A DNA stretch of 64,000 nucleotides, taken from positions 22,754,001 through 22,818,000 of the forward strand of contig OZ024742.1 in the NCBI GenBank assembly GCA_964016885.1, written 5' to 3'. Position numbers and translations under genes: made by a program. Below are positions 25,292-38,298 of this stretch, piece by piece; the stretch's first letter is position 1; every line of letters starts with the position of its first letter. Under the pieces are notes generated by a model. It saw only the letters and a list, made by a program, of their open reading frames with translations, had not been told where the DNA came from and did not search any database. The stretch comes from Eledone cirrhosa (taxonomy: Eukaryota).

Positions 25292-28200
25292 ATGACCTCA
25301 CTCAGAATAGGCAGCTTAAATGCGCGTGGCTTGGGGTCGTCATGGAAGCAGGGTCACCTGCTCAACGACCTTAGATCACTAAACATAGATGTAGTGGCCA
25401 TCAGCGAGACCAGAATCTCCGAAGCACGGGCCTTCGCACCGATCTTCGGCGGCTACGATGTGTACGCATCTCCCAGCCGTCCTGGATCGGGTAGAGGAGT
25501 TGCTGTGCTTTTTCGGAGAGGTTTGGATCTCGCCATACGGGCCATCTTCCTGGACCCAGAGGGTAAGCTGGTGGTGCTGGATGTGACCAGCGGAGAAGGG
25601 CAAGCTTTCAGGCTAGTGGCCGTCTATGCCCCGACAGGAGCAGGGCGGACTGATTTCGTCCGGCGTCTGGAGACCTTTCTTGGAACGTCCCGCTCTTTAG
25701 TGTTAGTGGGCGACTGGAACGGGATCTTAGATGCACGCTGGGACTGTTTGGGATTAGCGGATAGGGGTGGAGGGTGCAAGAGCCTCACCAACCTGCTCAG
25801 GCGTTTTGAACTGTCTGACAGGTACCGATTGGATTTCCCGAATGTGCCAATGTGGACTTGGACAAATCGCATAGTGTCATCCAGATCATATCTAGATAGA
25901 GTATTTTGTAGGGAAATAGATAGGTCTAGCATAGGCTGTCCACAATTCAAGATAGTCAGCTACACGGACCACAAATTCGTGATCTGTGTGCTTGACTTAG
26001 ATAGGCTTCATAGACGAGGACCCGGCTACTGGAAGCTAAACGCGTCCTTACCAGCGCGCAAGGCCTACAGAGACCGGATTAGCGAACTAGTTAAGCGGGC
26101 GTTGACGGGGGCCATCGTCAACAACAAGTGGTGGTTTGCTCTGAAAAGAGCGATTAGAATAGAATCGATTAGGTTTAGTAAGGCTTTAGCAATAGAGAAA
26201 AATAGAGCAGAGGGAGAACTAGTTAGAAAATTAGACGAGGCGCTTAGCAAAGGCATTGCGACCGACGTGCTTGCGGCGAAATTGGCCCTTGACCAATTCT
26301 TCAATGCAAAGCACGAAGGCTGCGTTGTCAGAGCAAGGGTGCGTGCTCTCAGACACGAGGGGACGAAAGCCGTTCAATGGGCCCGAGTGGCGGAGGCGCG
26401 TCGTGGCAACAAAGCCACGATCCGGTCTTTGGTGGACCACGACGGGCGCATGCTACTCGGTACCGGGAAAATGTGTGAAGCTTTTCAGCGACACTTCGCT
26501 CAGCTGTTCGGGGGAAGCGGTGGGCCGGGTAGAGGGATGGACTTTAGTGTCTACCTCGACGGACTGCCGCGGCTCTCGGCCACTGAGGCGAAGTGTTGCG
26601 AAAAGCCGATAACAGCCACTGAAGTAAGGGAGGCAATGACTGGCTGCACAAGGGGTAGATCGCCTGGTTTGGATGGTCTGCCCTATGAACTTTACGTACA
26701 GATGCCAGACTTGTTCGGAGGCCTCTTGGCGGACGTCTACTGCAACTGGCAACTGAACGGGAGAATTCCCAGTTCTGTGAGCCGAGGAGCGGTGGCACTG
26801 CTGAGAAAGGATCCGAACAAGGGGGATAACATAGATAATTTCCGGCCCATAACTCTGCTAAACACAGAGTTCAAGATTTTGGCCAAGGTGCTAGCAAAGA
26901 GGTTGGCGCTTGTCGTTGGTGGTCTGGTGGGTGAGGCGCAGACATGCGCCATTCCCGACAGATCCATCCACGACAACCACCACCTCATGCGATACATTAT
27001 AGAGAGGGTAGCTAAGGGACCTTGCACGGGTGGGTCCTTGATCAATTTAGATCAGTCGAAAGCTTTCGATAGGGTCGACCATCGTTACCTAGCGGCAGTC
27101 CTGAGGGCGGCTGGCTTTGGGCCCGTCTTCAGAGGCTGGATCGCTGTCATGCACAGCGACATCTGCTCTGTGGTGAGAGTGAACGGTCACCTGTCGGAAC
27201 CGTTCAACATCATGCGCTCGGTCCGCCAAGGATGTCCCCTCTCGTCCCTCTTGTAGGTATTGACTCTCGAGCCATTACTACACAAACTGGAGACGTTGAG
27301 GGGAGTCCCGCGCGAACTAGGATGCGGAAGATCCGTGTCAGCATATGCGGACGATGTCACCGTAGTGGTGTCGAACGCCAAACACATCGAGGCGATCGGC
27401 ACTACACTAAGAGAATACGAAGCGGTGACAGGAGCAATGATCAACCAGGAAAAGTCAGTGGGCCTGCAGCTCGGCACCTGGAGAGGCAGGTCCATGCCGT
27501 CCAACAGCGTCGTCGGACGCTGGACGGACGGACCGGTTAAATTGCTAGGGGTCTGGTTCGGTCCGGACCTCCAGACGGACAAACACTGGGACGAGGTGAC
27601 GAGCAGGGTGGCTTCTCTCACCCAGAAATGGGCCGAGAGGAACCTATCCCTGAAAGGTCGAGCGGAGGTGGCTAACGCGTACATCGCGTCTGTCATCTGC
27701 TACCGCCTGACCGTCGTACCTTGTCCTAAGCCTCGCCTGACTGCGCTGGAGCGTTTGCTCTTTCGCTTTTTGTGGAAGGGACGTGCTCCGATGGTCAGGC
27801 GGTCCATCTGTTGTCAACACCCTCTACGTGGAGGGCTGGGCATGCCGTGGCTGATGATGCGCAGGCACGCGCTCAGGCTACGACATCTCCACCTCTTCCT
27901 CGACGGTGATCAGGTGTGGTCGCCGTTTGCTAGACACGTATTTCCCCAGCTCGTTTCCTTGACGGAGCTGCAGTCCTGGGTCAAGCGAAGACCGAGAGGG
28001 AGCGCCTGGAGACTGGAATGTCTTCAGGCGCTCACAGCCCTCGACCAATCGGGCAATGTGATCGGTGGAAACTCCACCTCGGCGTTCTATAGAGGATTAG
28101 TTGAGGGGAAGAGCGACGACGTACTTGGGGAAACTCTAGGCGTCGCCGAAAATCAACTAGCCAATCTCTTCGGAAGAACTTTCGGGCCAGGGCCTATGGA

Positions 28201-28711
28201 CAACTTCCAGAAATCTCTGCCCTGGCAGTGCTACCGAGGAGCCTTGCCAGTTCGGGATAAACTCTACAGGCATGGAGGTGCCGTCAGCCGGGCATGTCCG
28301 AGATGCGCGCAGGGCGACGAAACCGTCCTGCACGCACTCGTCCAGTGTCCAAAAATTGCTGACTTGTGGGTTTATGTCGAACACCTGCTGTCGCGTGTAG
28401 GACGGATCCGGCTATCATCTGAGTCCATCGTGAGGATTGCCCCGCCCTCCTTCTTCAGCCGGGAAGGGCAGGCAGTTTTTATCTGTCTGGTGGCCATGGC
28501 GAAAGTGATAGTATGGTGGACACGTTTGAAAGGGCTGAAGACGAGCACTTACCTCTTCGATGATGCTCTGATTGCCTTTTTCAAATTTCATTTGAAAAGG
28601 AAAATCAGAGGAGAGAGGGAAGTGCTCTCTTCCCAGCATTTTGTTGAAAGATGGGTGAGAGAAGCAAGAATGGCCCGAGTGAATGGGCCTACTCTGAGTA
28701 TATATCTGTAA
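25292..28711 (+). pseudogene. Tx1 copy B ORF2 (APE-RT), one premature TAG at 27254
   Basis: ORFs 25292-27256 and 27260-28711 are in frame; the TAG corresponds to TAC in copy A. Confidence 0.93.
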
Positions 28712-28960
28712 ATTAAAGGTGGAAAACTGGGAGAGGGCACTTTGCCTTGGTGGTCAGGGTCATTGTGGATTTTTACTGGGCTTTCTCCACAAATGTCCCT
28801 CCGAAGTGTCCCCCCTATTGGGGAATTTTTCATTGTTATTTTTTGTTACATCCTCTGTTTTTGTTTTTTACACGCAGAAATGGCCATTTGTACCGTCCTG
28901 CAATAGCCTGCACTGTCCTTAATGTCTACTTTATGTAAACCCTTGTGGTTAATAAAGAAA

Positions 28961-29003
<43 letters not shown>

Positions 29004-29190
29004 GGGCGGTGAATTGGCAGTATCGGTAGAAGGTTGGACGCCATGTTTTCTAGAATAGTTACGTCCCTTTACAGTCTGAGTTCAAATCCTGCCGACGTTA
29101 ACTTTGCCTTTCATCCTTACGGGGTCGATAAAATAAAGTACTAGTAATGTACTGGGTAATTGCTGGCCTTGTGACTAAAGTAGAAACAAT
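29004..29190 (+). mobile_element. tRNA-derived SINE family 1 (Nin/Deu-like central domain)
   Basis: TGGCAGTATCGG A-box, GAGTTCAAATCC B-box, GCCTTTCATCCTTACGGGGTCGATAAA, (ATT) tail. Confidence 0.9.
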
Positions 29191-29235
29191 TATTATTATT
29201 ATTATTTTTTTTTTTTTTTTTCAAATTTTTTTCAA

Positions 29236-30056
29236 TCATATTTTATTATTTGTTTGACCCGAATAGCTTGCTCACTTCTATGGCTTTGCGGTCAATGGTT
29301 TAACCATCGTCGCAGTGTGTTTGGCCTTTTAACGTATGTTTTTGCCCTAGTTCCCTCGTTTCTATTGATCGCTTGCCACACATTTCGGAAGTTGTTTTTC
29401 GCTAATTTCCAATAGCCGAAATGCGTTTCTCGCTAATTTATATTTGTATTAATCTCCAGAGTCTAGCTATTAACCAGTTAATTTTTTAGTTTTTTTTAGT
29501 TAATTCTATTGACTGATTAATAGCTTATGTTAATTTTAAAAACTATTCTGTGGAGAGCTTAATTCGTTTTGTGATATTTTGCAATTTTGCAATAACCACA
29601 CATACTGAATTCATCCGTCAAAACTAGGGGTTCTCTCCCTTCTGACCCCGCACGTGGGTTCAGATAACGGTCAGCTCCTTAGCTTTGCAAATAACTAAAT
29701 GCCTGTTGAAAAAGTGACTTCCTTGTTCGATCATCATACCAAAAGCTTAACATTATTTGTTTAAGCAGACAGTACCTGATTTAGGAGTTGCAGAAACCCA
29801 ATATTGGATTTTACTACTGTTTCCAGGGTCCGGGTATATTTTTAAATCATATTTTATTATTTGTTTGACCCGAATAGCTTGGTCGCTTCTATGGCTTTGC
29901 GGTTAATGGTTTAACCATCGTCTCAGTGTGTTTGGCCTTTTAACGTATGTTTATTGCTCTCGTTCACTCGTTTCTATTGAGCGCTTGCCACACATTTCGG
30001 AAGTTGTTTTTCGCTAATTTCCAATAGCCGAAATGCGATTCTCGCTAATTTATATT

Positions 30057-30060
<4 letters not shown>
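29236..30060. repeat. direct repeats of about 215 bp (29236-29450 and 29846-30060)
   Basis: Two similar copies about 610 bp apart with scattered substitutions. Confidence 0.85.
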
Positions 30061-30089
<29 letters not shown>

Positions 30090-30093
<4 letters not shown>

Positions 30094-30672
30094 TAATATG
30101 TATGTGATGAAACACAGATACCAACACATCTGTATATATATTGCAAAAGAAAAATTTAGCCAGATTGAAGTATACTAATTATTATACTACAGTTTGTCCA
30201 TATCGATTTAAAATAATAAATCAACGAAGACGAACTGTATTGCCAAGAGGCCGTGATGTTTAGACACATTTAAATTTCAAAATCAAACCTGTTCCGTAGA
30301 TAAGTTTAAACTTTAAGATCCAAATATGTTTCGAGTTAAATAAGTGTAGGAATATCATGTCCTGCCCTCCTCAGTAAACATCCAGAGACAAATTGATATG
30401 CTTCACTTCTAAATAATTTAAAAGACTGCGTGACGCACATGGTTTTACAGTATCTAACTAGTCTCATAACCGTACTGCTAGAAATAACAGTCGTATATAT
30501 GAGGCGGCTTGCAGCTCAAACTAGGAGCAGTTAAAATTAATAAGGTAATGAATTCTTTTACAATGGAATCAGCTCGAAGGAGGAAAATACCCCCTGAGCA
30601 GTGTATAAATTAATATGTATGTGATGAAACACAGATACCAACACATCTGTATATATATTGCAAAAGAAAAAT
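30090..30672. repeat. direct repeats of about 65 bp (30090-30155 and 30607-30672)
   Basis: AAATTAATATGTATGTGATGAAACACAGATACC... is duplicated; a decayed hammerhead-like motif lies on the minus strand at 30320-30380. Confidence 0.75.
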
Positions 30673-31581
30673 AAGTATACATATATATATACACACACAC
30701 ACATATATATATATATACATAATACATACACAGATATACATATATATACATTTCATCTTTTACACATCATTGTATCTTCCGATGAAGGAATTGTGAACGA
30801 ATCGTAACGACTTTTTTCCAATTATATCAAGCGTTAAACGAATATATTTATTTATTGTACTGTGTTGTTGTTTTGTTGTTTCTGTTTACATTCCGTATAC
30901 AATATATATTGGGGTGCTGATTTGAAAAATGAAATCGATTTCCCTCTATCACAACAAAATGTTTCACAATCTAAACCTCCAATTTGCAACATTTCTGGTT
31001 TGTTCACCATTTTTATAGATAGATTTAACTCCATCAAATGTAGAACCATGTATGGAGCTTGATATAACATTGAAAGCATAGTTTTTCAATGGCAATTAAC
31101 GTAAATGCGACAACAAATGTGAAAACAAAAGTCATGATTTTCGTATCTTCAGGTAATAAGAAGCATTAAAATTGACCACCTTTCACTATTTCCCATTTAA
31201 ACAGTTTAAATATCCATCAAATTAGATGGGAACAATTGTAAAAAGCAAGTCAACTAGAAACGTCTTCAAAAATATTCCCCAGTGTAATGGATTAGAGCCA
31301 CATTGAGCAACCTGGTTGTTTGCGCATGTCATACGGTCAGTCACACACAATACAGAACAAGTTGGCCGGAACAGAATATTTCTATTTTCAGCGTCCATCG
31401 ACCATCATTTGAGAAGAAGGTTTTTACCTTGAAATTTCATAATAAATTATATCAGAAGAAAACATTAATTTGTTTTGTAATCTATCTCCAATTACATCGA
31501 TATAGTTCTATCCTCATTATATCGACTTTCCCAACGTTCCTTATCATATACATATATAACTACATACATACACTCACGCAG

Positions 31582-31625
<44 letters not shown>

Positions 31626-31664
31626 GTATATATACATGTAATGTGAGTTTTTCGAATATTAATA

Positions 31665-31845
31665 ATTGTTTCTACTATGGCACAAGGCCAGCTATTACCC
31701 AGTGCATTACTGGTACTTTATTTTATCGACCCGTAAGGATGAAAGGCAAAGTTAACCTCGGCGGGATTTGAACTCAGTCCGTAAAGGGACGTAACTGTGC
31801 TGCAAAGCATGGCGTCCGACCCTCTACCGATACTGCCAATTCACA
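31665..31845 (-). mobile_element. SINE family 1
   Basis: Reverse complement of the consensus; flanked by duplicated TTCGAATATTAATAAT. Confidence 0.9.
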
Positions 31846-32040
31846 CATTCGAATATTAATAATAATATTCGATTCGCTTGCAATTATGCAAACTGCCTCT
31901 TTTAAGACATGTCAGTAGAATGAGCCCCTCATTCTTTCTCTTGTCTGCTAGTTTGCAGATCGGGCCGGTCAGTCACTGTGTATTTTAGAAAATAACATAT
32001 GTTTTCACTGGCTCAGACAGTTGACAGGTAAACAGTGAGC

Positions 32041-32083
32041 TGTAATGATGAGGGGTAGTCACCCAGAAACATTAGTGTCTGCA
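32041..32083 (+). ncRNA. decayed hammerhead ribozyme
   Basis: tgta-ATGATGA-gggg tagtca ccca-GAAA-cattagtg-TC-tgca; core C3 is mutated. Confidence 0.55.
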
Positions 32084-32195
32084 ATTTATATGCCAACGCA
32101 AGAGCAAGAATGAAGAGTCCATTCTACTGACATGGCTTAAAAGAGGCTGTTTGCATAATTGCAAACTAATCAAATATTATTATTAATCTTCGAAA

Positions 32196-32382
32196 GGGCG
32201 GTGGATTGGCAGTATCGGTAGAGAGTCGGACGCCATGCTTTCTAGCATAGTTACGTCCCTTTACGGTCTGAGTTCAAATCCCGCCGAGGTTTACTTTACC
32301 TTTCATCCTTACGGGGTCGATAAAATAAAGTACCAGTAATGTACTGGATAATTGCTGGCCTTGTTCCTAAAGTAGAAACAAT
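32196..32382 (+). mobile_element. SINE family 1
   Basis: Consensus match; flanked by duplicated ATTATTAATCTTCGAAA. Confidence 0.9.
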
Positions 32383-32435
32383 TATTAATCTTCGAAACAC
32401 TCAGATTACATTTAATGTATTCAGCCATGTTATAT

Positions 32436-32476
<41 letters not shown>

Positions 32477-32587
32477 ACATAGGGTATAAGTATCGTAGGA
32501 GAGAAGGAAACAGAGAGATACAGCGAAGTGCGATACAGATGACTAAATGCCAATAGCCGAAGCGGAGTGTGCCCAAAGCTTGGATTA

Positions 32588-33003
32588 GCAGAGTTAAATA
32601 TTAGAGGAGATTTAATATTTAGTATATTGTTCAAGCAGAGCAGGAATAAGCAAATGAGTGAATGAAGAATTTGCAAGCCGTTAAAACAAGTTCTAAAGAA
32701 CTTTTTAACGGCCTGTTTTAACGGCTTGAAACTCCTTCATTCATTCCTTTGCTTATTCGTGCTCTGCTTGAACAATATACTAAATATTAAATCTTCTCTA
32801 ATATTTAACTCTGCCGTTAAAACAAGTTCTAAAGAAGGCGGTCAACCGGACTGGCAACTGCTAACTTTTTGGCCGCCTTCTCGTCTGTCTGCGTTTTTCA
32901 GCCCCATGGGTTGTGTCTATTATATTCCTTTGATAAATTTCGAATGCCTGATGATGTCACCAATTCATACTGAACCCGGTCATTGAAATGTTGACAGTAT
33001 AAT
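32588..33003. repeat. inverted repeat (32588-32813) with an adjacent decayed hammerhead (32944-33003)
   Basis: GCAGAGTTAAATATTAGAG...CTCTAATATTTAACTCTGC; CTGATGA...GAAA tgttgaca GTA. Confidence 0.65.
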
Positions 33004-33192
33004 ATAACCTTTAAGGAATTACACCAGTCCAGCCTCCTGTTATTTTATAATAATTAACTCCGTACTCGCATCACCAGCAATACAAACAAAAACGGGTGAA
33101 TTGCATTACGTCGAGTGCTCTCCCTAATATTAAATCAAAGTTGACTATACGGAATGGCCAGTTCTATCCAGTGGTGAACCAACAAACCTAAA

Positions 33193-33242
<50 letters not shown>

Positions 33243-33334
33243 TGTGTGTGCGTGTGTGTGTGTGTGTGTGCGTCTGTGTGTGTCTGTGTGTGTGTGTCTG
33301 TCTGTCTGTGTCTGTGTCTGTGAGTGTGTAACCG

Positions 33335-33490
33335 ATGGGTTTCTCTAATTTCAACTTACCAAATTCCACTTACAAAACATTGGAGGTTACAGTAGAAGAC
33401 ACGTCTCTAATCCTGAGATATCCTCAAGTGGAAATGAACCCTAAACCAACAGGTTACGGAGAGAAGCCTTTAACCACGTAGCTAGGCTAA
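33335..33490 (-). mobile_element. decayed SINE family 3
   Basis: TACCAAATTCCACTTACAA..AGTAGAAGACAC..GAACCC; a related copy lies at 59220-59380. Confidence 0.5.
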
Positions 33491-33854
33491 TTCCTATATA
33501 TGTACTATGTGTGTGTATTTATCAACAGTCATGGGACTCAATGTTTTCACTGTAGAGAATGATGGAAAGTTCAGTATTCTTCACTTATTGTTTGGCTATC
33601 ATTATTTATTGGTGAAGTGTGACCGACAAAAAATGGATTTACACATCGACACCACAAGCATAGAAATTGTATTAAATTAAATAAACACCACTTCTACACA
33701 CACATTCTCTATTATACACCACCCCCCTCTCTCTCTCTCACTCTCTCTCTCTCTCTCCCTCTCCCACCATCTCCCTCTCTATCTATCTCCCTCTCACACT
33801 ATCCTATATCCTTTTCTCTCCACTTCTTGGTCTGTCTGTCTCCCCCCTCTCTCT

Positions 33855-34945
<1,091 letters not shown>

Positions 34946-35060
34946 GAGTGTATAAATTACAACGATATATATGTCTAAGGAAAGAAATCAGCAAGAAGAA
35001 TCAACGACGGCAGCAAGAAACGAAAGAAGAAAAGGAAGATGATGAAATAGTGCTGGTAGT

Positions 35061-35162
35061 AGAAGAAGAAGAAGAAGAAGAAGAAGAAGAAGAAGAAGAA
35101 GAAGAAGAAGAAGAAGAAGAAGAAGAAGAAGAAGAAGAAGAAGAAGAAGAAGAAGAAGAAGA
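35061..35162 (+). repeat. (GAA)n microsatellite
   Basis: Read directly from the sequence. Confidence 0.95.
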
Positions 35163-35638
35163 GAAGACGTCGACGAAAGAAGAGAAGTCGTCGATGAAAG
35201 AAGAAAAGAGTTATCTCTTCATTATTATATTCATTTCTCAGAGGAGAAAAAAAAACTATTTTAATGAATTATTTATCATAGCACGCCGATTTTAAAATGG
35301 CCGACATAACATAGCAGCCATATCATTTATATTGTTGCTTTTCTTATTTTTTGTTGCTATTATCGTTTGTTGTTGTATTCATGGTTGTTAATGTTAGTCT
35401 TCGTTATTCTTGTTAATCTTTATTTTTCCTTCGATTCTTTTGATGGAGAGGACTGATTTAGAATAACGTACTATCAATTCTCTTTCTGTCTGTGTGTCTT
35501 TGAAAATCTCATGTAATAAAAAAAATTAAATCATATGACTTACTCGAGGAAAAAATAATTTAGAAGCGTGAGAGGGAGAAGGAAGAGGAGAAAAATACAG
35601 CTAGAGAGAGAGAAAGAGCTAAAAAGATTAAGATAGAA

Positions 35639-35706
<68 letters not shown>

Positions 35707-36211
35707 AAGAGTGAGAGAGAGAGAGAGTCAGAAAGAAAGGAAAAGAAGAAAGGGAAACGGGAAAAGGGAAAAAGGAGAATAAGATTATAGGTGGCCATTA
35801 TATAGCTTATGTTGTGGTGAATAGGAAATATGGGAAAATACTGTGTGTTGACCTCTGAGTTAAGTTCGGGATAAGACACTTCTAAATCAAGGTGACACAT
35901 GTAAAAAGAAAAGAACGTAGTGCAGATTTAAATGAAAAATACTACAGATTGAAAAGCACGAAGAGATTGTGAGAAAGACAGATAGAAAAGAAAGCACGAT
36001 TGTATGATTGACTGCATAGAAAGAAAATAGACAAATAAAATGGCGGCCCTTTACGTTATGATTTTTAGTTTCAGTCGACGTCACGTTTGCCTTGTGTGCT
36101 TCCGGGGGTCGATAACGTAAAGTACATGTCAGGCACAGAAGTCGATATATATTACGATGAAGTATATGTATGGAATTAAACACCCTTTCTCTCTCCTTCT
36201 CTCCCACTCTT

Positions 36212-36311
<100 letters not shown>

Positions 36312-36321
36312 TATACATATA

Positions 36322-36411
<90 letters not shown>

Positions 36412-36464
36412 CATATATATATATATAATATATAAGATCAAAAGATGGTTAAAAGAGTTCCATG

Positions 36465-36535
36465 TATTTTATTATGCGCATTTCAAAAACAAATATCATC
36501 ATGCAATAACATTTGTGTTTTCATCAGATAAAATA
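36465..36535 (-). ncRNA. hammerhead ribozyme (mirror copy)
   Basis: Reverse complement of 36655-36725. Confidence 0.8.
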
Positions 36536-36654
36536 GGAAGACATGATATGAAGGTTACAAAAACACTTGTGGATAGTGCAGTTTTAAATCAACATATGTT
36601 GATTTAAAACTGCACTATCCACAAGTGTGTTTTAACCTTCATATCATGTCTTCC

Positions 36655-36725
36655 TATTTTATCTGATGAAAACACAAATGTTATTGCATGATGATATTTG
36701 TTTTTGAAATGCGCATAATAAAATA
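36655..36725 (+). ncRNA. type I hammerhead ribozyme
   Basis: tattttat-CTGATGA-aaacacaaatg...tatttgttttt-GAAA-tgcgca-TA-ataaaata; 8-bp stem I; palindromic stem III. Confidence 0.82.
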
Positions 36726-36848
36726 CATGGAACTCTTTTAACTATCTTTTGATCTTATATATTATGTATACTCCAGTCCTACAAACTGTAGAGTGCTTCT
36801 TATCCGATATCTGCATTGTTTTATTGTACTACAATAAAACTCACCTCC

Positions 36849-36976
<128 letters not shown>

Positions 36977-37017
36977 ATATATTAACAAATGGAAACTATA
37001 TCTATAAAACCATATTT

Positions 37018-37080
37018 ATTTCATTATACATATTTCAAGGGCCACCAAGGCAGATGATGGTGCACTTTCATCAGATAAAA
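37018..37080 (-). ncRNA. type I hammerhead ribozyme
   Basis: ttttat-CTGATGA-aagtgcacca...tggtggccctt-GAAA-tatgta-TA-atgaaa; same family as 54200-54265. Confidence 0.72.
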
Positions 37081-37728
37081 TATAATATATATATATCGTA
37101 GTAGTGAGCTTGATCCTCGACACCACATTGTGACCATGAGTAAAACAATTTATTTCAGGTTTCTCCAATCTACTCAGGTGACAAATGTGAATTGCGCCTA
37201 TAATTCCAAGGGCCAACATTTTCATACTCTGTGTTATTCTGAGACTCAGTTCGACACATTTGTGGGACATGGTTGGTCCATCTAATTATTGTTACTGTCC
37301 ATCCGACTGATTTAAAAAATGTTTTCTCCTACATAGTTTTGATTACGAAGCTATGACAAATGCTGCAAGTAGGACCGATCCCGGGACCTAAAGATTGTGG
37401 TGTAAACGCCTTCATCATTGGGCCATGCAGAGCTCACACAACATGTATAAAGAGTATAAAAGACAAAATTACAGATTTCAAAATAGATTGTTTTGTTATC
37501 AACACGGTAGTTACTTATTTAAAGAATTGGTTAAATGCTGTTATTTGCTGTTGTCTAAGAAATATGAATTAATGATTTCTTTATTATTTATTTATTTATT
37601 TATATATGAATATAATTTATATAGAAATGTAAATTAATGCAAACATTCTATATGCAGAATAGAAAATCCAAACTAATTTCTAGTTGTCATCATCCCAGTA
37701 AAATTCTTTTAAAAAGAAAGTAATATAG

Positions 37729-38188
37729 TTGTCTTTCTATAGACGGTTAATGGAGGGCCAGAGCGACGACATCCTTGGAGAAACTCCGGGTGTAGACGAA
37801 AGCCAACTAGCTATTATCTTCCCGAGGACTTTCAGTCCAGGGCCAAGGAATAACTTCCAGAAATCCCTGGCCTGGCATTGTTACCGGGGAGCATTGCAGT
37901 TCAAGTTAAACTTTACGGGCATGAAAGTGCGGTCAGCCAAGCCTGTTCATGATACCTGAGGGGTGACGAGACCTTGTTGCATGCACTAGACCAATGTCCG
38001 TGTATCGCTGGCTTGTGGGTTTATGTCGAACATCTGCTGTCGTGTGTAGGACGGATCCGGCTATCAACTGAGTCTATCATTAAAATTTCCCCGCCGCCCT
38101 CCTTTAAGCAGGAAGGGCGCGCAGTTTTTATCTGTCTGGTAACCATAGTGAAAGGGTTGAATTCTAGTACTTTCCTCTTCGACGATGT
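37729..38188 (+). mobile_element. older Tx1 ORF2 3' fragment
   Basis: FYRRLMEGQSDDILGETPGVDE...FQKSLAW, homologous to copies A and B but more diverged; followed by a SINE 3' end (38190-38278). Confidence 0.88.
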
Positions 38189-38298
38189 AATAAAGTACCA
38201 GTAACGTACTGGGGTCGATTTCTTCGACTTTCCCTTCCCATAAATTTCTGGCCTTGTGCCTATATCAGAAACCATTATTATTATTGTTATTATTGTTG

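Larger units (their letters stand above)
22953..28962 (+). mobile_element. Tx1/L1-clade non-LTR retrotransposon copy B, near full length
   Basis: Same architecture as copy A, head-to-tail with it, with (ATT)n on both sides. Confidence 0.95.

Noticed and set aside
29004-29095. tRNA genes at A/B-box motifs
   Set aside because: These are SINE heads without an intact cloverleaf
34948-35295. Poly-Glu ORF (also poly-E/R/K/N at 39980-40560)
   Set aside because: Trinucleotide microsatellites with no domain or splice support
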